A stretch of 64,000 bases of DNA, taken from NCBI GenBank assembly GCA_963736855.1, contig CAVTQK010000020.1:1-64000 (forward strand), in the 5' to 3' direction. Under the pieces are notes generated by a model. The model was given only the letters and a program-made list of their open reading frames with translations, was not told where the DNA came from and did not search any database. Within the stretch, counting starts at the first letter, position 1; each line of letters begins with the position of its first letter. Made by a program: the position numbers and the translations under genes. Below are positions 1 through 7,144 of the stretch, in pieces. The DNA comes from an uncultured delta proteobacterium. Lineage in GTDB: Bacteria; Desulfobacterota; Desulfobacteria; Desulfobacterales; UBA2156.

Positions 1-2
1 AC

Positions 3-548
3 CCTGCCGGCTACGCGCCGGCGAACGGCGCGGAGTATCCGCGTTCGGCCTTCGGCGAAGCAATGAAGCAGATTGCGCAGATCGTGAAGGCCGACCTTGG
101 CCTCGAGGTCGCGTTCGCCGAGCTCGGCCAGTGGGATCACCACGCGAACGAGGGCGGCTCAACGGGCCAGATCGCGAATCGCCTCGACGACTTCGCCGGC
201 GGCATCGCCGCGTTCGCGAAGGACCTCGGCGATCGCATGGCCGACGTCGTGGTGGTGACGATGTCCGAGTTCGGGCGGACTGTGCGCGAAAACGGCAACC
301 GTGGCACCGACCACGGCCACGGCAACGCGATGCTCGTGCTCGGCGGCAACGTCAAGGGCGGCAAGGTCTACGGCACGTGGCCCGGCCTCGAACGCGAGCA
401 ACTCTACGAGGGCCGCGACCTGGCGATCACCACGGACTTCCGCGACGTCTTCGCCGAATGCGTGACGAGCCATCTGGGAGCGAAGGACATTTCGCAGATA
501 TTTCCAGGGCACAGTTACAAGCAGAAGCTCGGGTTCATCAGGAGCTGA
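3..548 (+). CDS. DUF1501 domain-containing protein, 5'-truncated by window edge
   Basis: Frame is open from base 3 (PAGYAPANGAEYPRSAFGEAMKQIAQ...). Contains WDHHANE, SEFGRT..ENGNRGTDHGHG and DL.ITTDFRDV motifs typical of DUF1501. Confidence 0.85.
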   Translation, partial: PAGYAPANGAEYPRSAFGEAMKQIAQIVKADLGLEVAFAELGQWDHHANEGGSTGQIANRLDDFAGGIAAFAKDLGDRMADVVVVTMSEFGRTVRENGNRGTDHGHGNAMLVLGGNVKGGKVYGTWPGLEREQLYEGRDLAITTDFRDVFAECVTSHLGAKDISQIFPGHSYKQKLGFIRS

Positions 549-552
549 GCTC

Positions 553-771
553 CGGTTCGGTGCCGCATGAGCGCGGTGCAGGACCTCCCGGAGTTGCCGC
601 TCGAAACCTCCACTCCGTCCGCGCGGCCTGCGCGCTGACGCCAATCGTGCCACTCCGCAAACAGCGGAGCTGGCACTCGCAGGTCGCGCTCCCTGCGTGT
701 CGGTTTCGGGCTGACGCGCATCGCGGCCCTCCGATGTCGGTCCCGCACCGCGCTCACGCGGCACCGAACCG
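553..771. repeat. Long inverted-repeat element (33-bp arms) in intergenic region
   Basis: cggttcggtgccgcatgagcgcggtgcaggacc (553-585) is the reverse complement of 739-771 with 2 mismatches. An internal hairpin gtgccactccgc..gcggagctggcac is also present. Confidence 0.75.
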
Positions 772-845
772 CAGCGCCTTCCTTTCGCCTTCCTTCCTAT
801 ACCCTCCCTTTGCCCTCTGCCCTTTGCCCTTGTTACTGTTCTCCC

Positions 846-1971
846 GTGACTCTCGCTTCCCTTCCCACTCCCTTCGTCGCCGTCGATCGCTCGCGCGTGC
901 GCGCGAACATTCTGGCCATGCAGGCGCTGGCGACTTCGGCGGGCGTCGCGCTGCGGCCGCACACCAAGACGCACAAGAGCCCCATCATCGCGCGCTGGCA
1001 GCTCGAGGCCGGTGCCGTCGGCATCTGCTGCGCGAAACTGGCTGAGGCCGAGGTGTTCGCCGACGCCGGCATCACTGACATCCGGCTGCCCTATCCGGTC
1101 AATCCGGTGAACGCGGATCGCGTCCTGGCGTTGCTCGCGCGCGGCATCAGGCTGTCGATTATCGTGGACGACCTGGGAGTCGCGACCGAGTGGTCGAAGA
1201 AGATGAACGCCGCCGGCCGCCGCCTCGATGTGCTGGTGAAGGTCGACGTCGGCTTCACCGTTGCGGTATCGATCCCGAGGCGCCGCAGGCGCTCGGCATC
1301 ATCAAAGGCGTGTCCGATCTGAGCGGGCTCACGTTTCGCGGACTGCTGAGCCACGCCGGCCACGCGTATCCCACGCCGGCTCGGTGCACGAGCTGGCGCA
1401 GGTTGCAGACCGCGAGATCGAGATCCTGCGGGGTCTCACGGCCCAGGCGCGAGCCGCCGCCGTCAGCATTGATGAGATCAGCGTCGGCTCCACGCCGAGC
1501 GCGAGGTTCGTGACGCTGCAGAAGGGCGTCACCGAGATGCGGCCCGGGAACTACGTGTTCTTCGACCGCACGCAGGTCGGCTTGGACTCCACGTCGCTCG
1601 GCGGCTGCGCGATGACGATCATCTCCACGGTCGTGAGCCGCCCGGCCGCGAACCGCGTGATCTTCGACGCCGGCAGCAAGACGCTGACCAACGACGGCGT
1701 CCGCGGTTTCACGACGATGACCGGACACGGCCTGGTGTTTCCGAACCTCGACACCGCGCAACCCGACGGGTCCATCATGATCGAACGGCTGTCCGAGGAG
1801 CACGCCGTCGCGCGCGTACTACCGGAGTGCCGGCTCACCCCCGGCGATCGCGTGCGGATTCTGCCGAATCATTCTTGTACCGTGACGAATTTGGCGGATC
1901 AGCTGGTCATGACGGACGGGGACGTGGTGGTCGAGATGATTCCGGTGGCTGCGAGGGGGAGGAATTATTGA
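846..1971 (+). CDS. DSD1/D-threonine aldolase family PLP-dependent enzyme (alanine racemase fold), two frameshifts
   Basis: Motifs LPTP..VD, LRPHTKTHKS (PLP Lys), VDVGF-HRCG, GSTP, EMRPGNYVF, DAGSKTL, LSEEH and PNHSC are spread over three frames, shifting at ~1256 and ~1371. Likely GTG start at 846. Confidence 0.85.
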
Positions 1972-1977
1972 CTTCGT

Positions 1978-2223
1978 CGGTTCCTGGGTTCCTGGTTCCT
2001 GGGTTCCGGGTTCGCGCGTCTGGTTCCGAGGTTGGTCGGTTCCGCGGTTCCCGGTTCCGTTTCGTGCTGTAGGCCGGGGCTTCAGCCCCGGCGGCGATCG
2101 CCGGCCCTGAAGGGCCGGCCTGCATCGAAGCGACAGCGACGGTAACGGGGAGCTCCGGGAACCTTGAACCTCGGAACCAGACGCGCGAACCTCGGAACCC
2201 AGGAACCCGGAACCCAGGAACCG
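1978..2223. repeat. Nested palindrome: ~56-bp GGTTCC-rich arms enclosing an inverted pair of GTAG-type REP-like units
   Basis: Arms 1978-2033 and 2167-2223 are near-perfect reverse complements. REP-like units gtaggccggggcttcagccccggc (2069-2092) and an inverted variant at 2100-2123. Confidence 0.75.
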
Positions 2224-2251
2224 GCGAAGCCCTGTGCTAGAGTTCTCACCG

Positions 2252-2542
2252 ATGTCCAAGCCCCCCCTCCCCGGCGAAGCGCTCGGCATGGTCGAGACCC
2301 GTGGGTTTGTCGGCATGATCGAAGCTGCTGACGCGATGGTCAAGACAGCGAACGTCGTGTTTGTCGGCTGGCAGAAGGTGGATGCCGGGCTCGTCACCGC
2401 GATCGTGCGTGGCGACGTCGCATCCGTGAAGGCGGCGACCGACGCCGGCGCCGCGGCCGCGCGCAAGGTCGGCGAGCTCGTCGGCGTCCACGTCATTCCA
2501 CGGCCCGTCGACGGCCTCGGCGACGTGTTCCCGATCGACTGA
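2252..2542 (+). CDS. Bacterial microcompartment shell protein (BMC-H, EutM/PduA-like)
   Basis: [36 protein letters not shown] and VHVIPRP motifs. Confidence 0.92.
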   Translation: MSKPPLPGEALGMVETRGFVGMIEAADAMVKTANVVFVGWQKVDAGLVTAIVRGDVASVKAATDAGAAAARKVGELVGVHVIPRPVDGLGDVFPID

Positions 2543-2599
2543 AGGGACCAAGTAGGTCCGGGTTCAGACCGGCCCTTGGCCCCTTGGTCTCTTGGTCCC

Positions 2600-2905
2600 T
2601 TAGTCCTTTGGTCCCAGCAGCGGCTTCAACCCCTCCACCTGCTCGGCCGACATCTCATCGAACTGCACGGAGAATCCCATCGGCTTGTCGAGGTGCACGA
2701 CGGTGCCCTTCACGGACACCTTCTGCTCGCCCACTGCGACCGTCACTTCGGTCCGCTCGCCGAGCCTGGGCTCCGCCTTGGTTTGAATGAAGCAGCCGCC
2801 CCAGCTGATGTCCGCGATGCGGCAAGTTGCAGCGCCTGACGCGCCGGTCCATGTGCCGTCCAGGGGAATGACGAGCCTCGGATAGCGTCTGCGCTCACTG
2901 CCCAT
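2600..2905 (-). CDS. PilZ domain protein
   Basis: ERRRYPR (RxxxR) and DISWGG (DxSxxG) c-di-GMP-binding motifs; 101 aa. Confidence 0.88.
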   Translation of the reverse strand: MGSERRRYPRLVIPLDGTWTGASGAATCRIADISWGGCFIQTKAEPRLGERTEVTVAVGEQKVSVKGTVVHLDKPMGFSVQFDEMSAEQVEGLKPLLGPKD

Positions 2906-2906
2906 T

Positions 2907-3809
2907 TACGACCACGATCTCCATGAGATCGTCATCATCAGCGGAAAAGGGGGAACCGGAAAAACCTCTTTGATGGGAGCATTCGCCCATTTAGCTTTAA
3001 ATCCCATCGTATGCGACCTGGATGTCGATGCCCCGGACCTGCATATGCTTTTGCACCCTAAAAATGAAACGTCCGAAGATTTCTTTTCAGGACACGAGGC
3101 GATAATCGACGAGGAAAAGTGTACGGGCTGCGGTCTGAGCGCCGATCTTTGTCGGTTTGACGCCATTCGTTCGAAAGACACGGTCTATTCGGTGAACCCG
3201 TTAAAGTGCGAGGGCTGCAAGGTATGTGTCACCTTTTGCCCGGAAAAAGCCATCACCTTTCCGGAAAGGCATTGCGGAAAATGGTATATCGCCTCAACCC
3301 GTTTTGGACCCATGGTACACGCCAAGCTTTTCCCAGGAGCGGAGAATTCCGGCAAACTGGTGGCCCTGCTCAGGCAGAACGCCCGAGAACTGGCACAGTC
3401 CCGGGGGATGAATTTGATTCTGTGCGACGGTCCTCCGGGTATCGGGTGTCCGGTCATCAGTTCCTTAACCGGAACGGGAACGGCCATTCTCATTACGGAA
3501 CCGACCCCTTCGGGAATACACGACCTTAAGCGTGTCGCAGAATTGTGTCGGCATTTTAAGATACCGGCTGCGGTCATTATCAATAAATCCGACTTGAACC
3601 CCCGTGTTGCGGGTGATATAAAAAGCTGGTGTTTGGCCGAGGGGTGGTTGGTTGCAGGAGAAATCCCCTATGACATGGCGGTGACTGAGGCCATGGTAAA
3701 CGGCCAGGTCCTCACCGAGTATCTTCCATCAAAGTCTCTCATGCGTGTCGCCATCCAGGATGCGTGGAAAAGAATTGAGTCTATGATTCAAGTACAACGG
3801 GCTGCATGA
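2907..3809 (+). CDS. MinD-superfamily P-loop ATPase with 4Fe-4S ferredoxin insert, start missing at the contig junction
   Basis: EIVIISGKGGTGKTS Walker A lies upstream of the track ORF. Also DLDVDAPDLH, two ferredoxin motifs, DGPPGIGCPVI and EPTPSGIHDL. Confidence 0.88.
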   Translation, partial: YDHDLHEIVIISGKGGTGKTSLMGAFAHLALNPIVCDLDVDAPDLHMLLHPKNETSEDFFSGHEAIIDEEKCTGCGLSADLCRFDAIRSKDTVYSVNPLKCEGCKVCVTFCPEKAITFPERHCGKWYIASTRFGPMVHAKLFPGAENSGKLVALLRQNARELAQSRGMNLILCDGPPGIGCPVISSLTGTGTAILITEPTPSGIHDLKRVAELCRHFKIPAAVIINKSDLNPRVAGDIKSWCLAEGWLVAGEIPYDMAVTEAMVNGQVLTEYLPSKSLMRVAIQDAWKRIESMIQVQRAA

Positions 3810-3867
3810 TGCCCGCATGTATTATGTCATTTTATCCTATAATTTCTTTGAAAGGAGTTGATTTCTC

Positions 3868-4263
3868 ATGAATACCGTAGTTGCTGTACCCTCTCTATCT
3901 CCGGGCGGCCTGGAGGCCCCCATCAGCGCCCATTTCGGGCATTGCGAAATCTATACGCTTCTCACCCTGGAGCAGGGAGTTATCAAGGATGTTCGGGTGA
4001 TTCCCAATGTGCCCCATCAGCAGGGAGGCTGCATGGCGCCGGTGAATCATCTGGCGGACCATGGTGTCCAGGTCCTCATCGCCGGCGGCATGGGGATGCG
4101 GCCCCTGATGGGATTCCAGCAGGTGGGTATCGACGTCTTTCACTGTGGTGATACCCGATCCGTCGGAGAGGCCATTACCGCCTGGATTCAGGGGATGTTG
4201 TCCCAGTTCGGACAGATGCATACCTGTGGCGGAGGAGAAAATCACCCCCATCACCCTCATTGA
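3868..4263 (+). CDS. NifB/NifX family molybdenum-iron cluster-binding protein
   Basis: SAHFGHC, GGMGMRP and a His-rich C-terminus; RBS aaggag; typical neighbour of the ferredoxin-insert ATPase. Confidence 0.85.
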   Translation: MNTVVAVPSLSPGGLEAPISAHFGHCEIYTLLTLEQGVIKDVRVIPNVPHQQGGCMAPVNHLADHGVQVLIAGGMGMRPLMGFQQVGIDVFHCGDTRSVGEAITAWIQGMLSQFGQMHTCGGGENHPHHPH

Positions 4264-4547
4264 AAGATGGATTTTGCAGTTGAATAGTCAGGGGGCGTCC
4301 TCGGCTTTTTCGATGAACTTTAAATACCGAAAGGCATGAACCATTACATCTTCCCGTACCTAAAAGGGCGCCCCCGCTTTCCAGAAATCAGAAAACCGAT
4401 TCAACCCGAAATAAGGTTTTGCACGTCGTTTCCGAAGTTGGCAGAGGGTCTTTCCCACCCTTAATGGAATAGCCTTATGATTGCACAGAGCCGGATAGAC
4501 CTGAATTGCGCCGCCAAACTTTGCGCACTCTGCTGAAGCTTTGCCGT

Positions 4548-5189
4548 CTATCCATCTTTGGTTTGTTTTAGACCCCCACCGAATCCGGAAGCGTCGGGTT
4601 CGAATACCTCAATGCGTTTCCCTTTCTCGATAAAAGCCCTTAACGATTCAAACACGCCATGATAATCAGCCATGACGGATTCGAAGCGCCGGGTAATGGG
4701 ATCACCTCTTCCGAGAACCGCTTCTGCCTGCCTCAGCAAGGACATCCCCTCTTTAAAGTGCCTTTCGGTTTTTGCAAAAAACTTTTTCCGAAACTCGTGC
4801 TTTTCCCGCTCCCTGGCAATGACCGGCAGCAGTCGCTGTACGGAATACTCAATGACCGCATCCCTGGACACCTTGAAATCGTTTGAAATTTTTTCGAGAC
4901 TTACCAGGGATCGCCGGCTGATGACAAAAGTTTTCTGGCTACGATTACCGTCGATGAGCGGGTTGTCCCCCCATTGCCTTGCGGCTTCATAAAGAGTCCG
5001 CGTATTTTCCATCAGATGATCAAAAACCGATTTCTTCTTGATTCCCAGATGCGTGGCCAGGATGCTGATGGCATCGATACACGCCTCGGATAGTCTGAAT
5101 GTGGCCCGTACGGATTGCCGGCCCATCAGCTCGGTGGCTGAATATTGGGTGAAATCACCGGAATCCTGAGGCTCTCGTTCTTTTTTCAC
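4548..5189 (-). CDS. Hypothetical protein, putative tandem ribbon-helix-helix regulator
   Basis: GTG start with gaggagg RBS. Two strand-helix-helix-like units (SVRATFRLSEACIDAI..., SQKTFVISRRSLVSLEKI...). Function is inferred. Confidence 0.65.
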   Translation of the reverse strand: MKKEREPQDSGDFTQYSATELMGRQSVRATFRLSEACIDAISILATHLGIKKKSVFDHLMENTRTLYEAARQWGDNPLIDGNRSQKTFVISRRSLVSLEKISNDFKVSRDAVIEYSVQRLLPVIAREREKHEFRKKFFAKTERHFKEGMSLLRQAEAVLGRGDPITRRFESVMADYHGVFESLRAFIEKGKRIEVFEPDASGFGGGLKQTKDG

Positions 5190-5278
5190 GATCGGATCCT
5201 CCTCAATTTCATTTCAGATATTCTCTTTAATAGTAATTGAAATTTTCAGTAATGCAACGAAAAAATGATTTTACCTTA

Positions 5279-5306
5279 TTGACAATCATCCAATCGGTTT
5301 TATTTT
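5279..5306 (+). promoter_or_regulatory. Putative sigma70-type promoter for the Hsp20 pair
   Basis: TTGACA (5279-5284), 16-bp spacer, TATTTT (5301-5306) in an AT-rich divergent intergenic region. Confidence 0.45.
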
Positions 5307-5378
5307 TAAATTAGTAGTTAATAGTGAAAATGAAACTTGTTTGCTCGCTCAATCCAAGCAATCAAGAAAGGAGATGGT

Positions 5379-5831
5379 ATGATTTATCGACGAGTTTTTG
5401 AAAATCCTTGGCGATTCCGAAACATGTTGGAAGAGATTGACCGAATGAGACAAAACATGGACCGCTGGCTCGGTGACCGGGAAGGTGTGCTTCCAACTCT
5501 TCGGTCGGGAGTATTTCCTCTGGTGAACTTGACGGAAAACAAAGACAGCTTTTTCATCCGGGCCGAATTGCCGGGTGTTGAAAAAGATGACTTGACCATT
5601 CAAGCCACGGCAAACAGTGTTTCGGTTTCCGGAGAGAGGAAGATCCCGGCAGAAGAAGAGGGCGCCCGATACCATAGAAAGGAGAGAGAAGCCGGGAAAT
5701 TTTCTCGGATGATTACCTTGGGGTCGGAAATACAACCCGATAAAGTGGAAGCCACCCTTAAAAACGGTATTTTGACCATAACCGTTCCCAAGGCAGAAAT
5801 TGCCAAACCGAAACAGATCACCGTTAAGTAA
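5379..5831 (+). CDS. Hsp20/alpha-crystallin small heat shock protein
   Basis: FPLVNLTE, AELPGV, ERE.GKFSR and LKNGILTITVPK motifs; RBS aaggag before the ATG at 5379. Confidence 0.95.
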   Translation: MIYRRVFENPWRFRNMLEEIDRMRQNMDRWLGDREGVLPTLRSGVFPLVNLTENKDSFFIRAELPGVEKDDLTIQATANSVSVSGERKIPAEEEGARYHRKEREAGKFSRMITLGSEIQPDKVEATLKNGILTITVPKAEIAKPKQITVK

Positions 5832-5852
5832 TCAAAGATTCTGAAAGGAGGG

Positions 5853-6269
5853 ATGAACATGACCGAAGCTCAGACCAAGGCCCTTAAGGCAAAGGAGAAA
5901 CAAGAGGTAATGACGCCTGCTGAACAGACATATTCGGGGATGATCTTCACACCCCTCGTGGATATCTTCGAAACAGAAAGCAAAATCACGCTGCTGGCGG
6001 ATATGCCGGGCGTCAGGCCGGAAGATCTGAATATCGATCTTCGAGACAATACATTGACGTTGACGGGAGGTATTTCGCCGGTGGAAGGCCCGGATGAGGA
6101 GGATGTGTTGATCGAATATGAAACCGGGAAATATTTCCGACAATTCACCCTGTCCGAGGTCATCGACCAGAACAAAATCGACGCTCAGCTCAACAATGGG
6201 GTCCTGAGACTGACCTTGCCCAAGGTGGAGAAAGCCACACCGAGGAAAGTCATCGTTAAGGCGGGGTAG
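5853..6269 (+). CDS. Hsp20/alpha-crystallin small heat shock protein
   Basis: PLVDIFE, ADMPGV and LNNGVLRLTLPK motifs; RBS aaggagg. Confidence 0.95.
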   Translation: MNMTEAQTKALKAKEKQEVMTPAEQTYSGMIFTPLVDIFETESKITLLADMPGVRPEDLNIDLRDNTLTLTGGISPVEGPDEEDVLIEYETGKYFRQFTLSEVIDQNKIDAQLNNGVLRLTLPKVEKATPRKVIVKAG

Positions 6270-6290
6270 AAGAAAGCTCAATATTTCCAT

Positions 6291-6340
6291 TAAGCCGGCG
6301 CTGCAAATCGAAAAAGGTACAGGCCGGCTTATTCTTTTTT
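6291..6340 (+). terminator. Putative intrinsic terminator after the Hsp20 pair
   Basis: taagccggc ... gccggctta stem followed by a T-run; the loop is long. Confidence 0.55.
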
Positions 6341-6637
6341 AATGCTCTTTACGAAAGGTATATGTTGGGAAAGACGGAATGAGAATCAGAAAATATGCCT
6401 TGTTTCGCCATGTTGCATCAAACGCAAGACTCCTGGTGATCGCGATGTTCTCAGATCCTGAATCAAGACCTCGACCCCTCTCATCTCCTCCAAAAAATCA
6501 AGCAGTTATAAGATAACGACGAATGAAAAACTGCCTATTGTTTTATTGATTTGTTTCCTTTCTTGTGTAAAAGAGCATTCTAATCCTTTCTATCTCTTCC
6601 ATCGGTATCATAGATCTCGACCGGAAAGGTAAGCATC

Positions 6638-6778
6638 ATGCTGAACCTGGAACCCATTAAAGAGATCATGAACGGAAATATTGGAAAGATCCTTCTGGTT
6701 GGCGCTCCCCTGATCACCGGAAATCTCCTGTTCAAGAAGCCCGGAAAACGCATCAAATCGAAAAACAGGAAATTTTAA
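6638..6778 (+). CDS. Small ORF (46 aa), hypothetical
   Basis: ATG at 6638 preceded by gaaaggt; MLNLEPIKEIMNGNIGKILLVGAPLITGNLLFKKPGKRIKSKNRKF. Below the ORF-track size cutoff. Confidence 0.35.
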   Translation: MLNLEPIKEIMNGNIGKILLVGAPLITGNLLFKKPGKRIKSKNRKF

Positions 6779-7144
6779 TCGTCGTTGAAAGATTATTCAA
6801 CGTCAGGATAATCGTATGGATGATGCCAACGACGAGACCCAGCACTTGATCTGAAGACGAAGGCCTTCAAAACGGTTGTCAGACTCCCCGGCCTTTCCCC
6901 GGAGAATAAGCAGAGGGTGAAAAACTTCTGATGGAGTGGCCGCCGCACGCACTCTTTGCCTTCCGGCACCTTCGGCAAATTACAGCTCCCGGCCTGGAGG
7001 TTGTCCTGAGCCCCGGCGATGACGTTTGGCGCTGCGTGACAGCCGAGTGCAGACAATAGTTGAGTGGCGTGTCGCCAAACATACGATCTACCCTCCCGAC
7101 AACCTGCTTGATCTGCTGGGAACAGATGAGCGAGGGCAGTTTCT

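Noticed and set aside
131..1045. Long alternative-frame ORFs (also 159-974, 15606-16469, 16824-17729, 28034-28816)
   Set aside because: Shadow ORFs overlapping well-supported genes, with no recognisable motifs.
1978..2223. Short GGTTCC repeats as a CRISPR array
   Set aside because: No constant repeat with unique spacers, the arrangement is palindromic, and there are no cas genes in the window.
4490..4547. ggcaaag...gcgcaaag on the minus strand as a c-di-GMP-I riboswitch
   Set aside because: Lacks the GAAA-tetraloop stem and lies downstream of a stop codon rather than in a leader.
5190..5378. CIRCE element upstream of hsp20
   Set aside because: No TTAGCACTC-N9-GAGTGCTAA match.
6340..7140. 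Integron integrase or attL (duplicated tRNA-Val 3' end) at the left island border
   Set aside because: No tyrosine-recombinase motifs (HxLRHS, LLGH) in the frames I read and no copy of the tRNA end found by eye.
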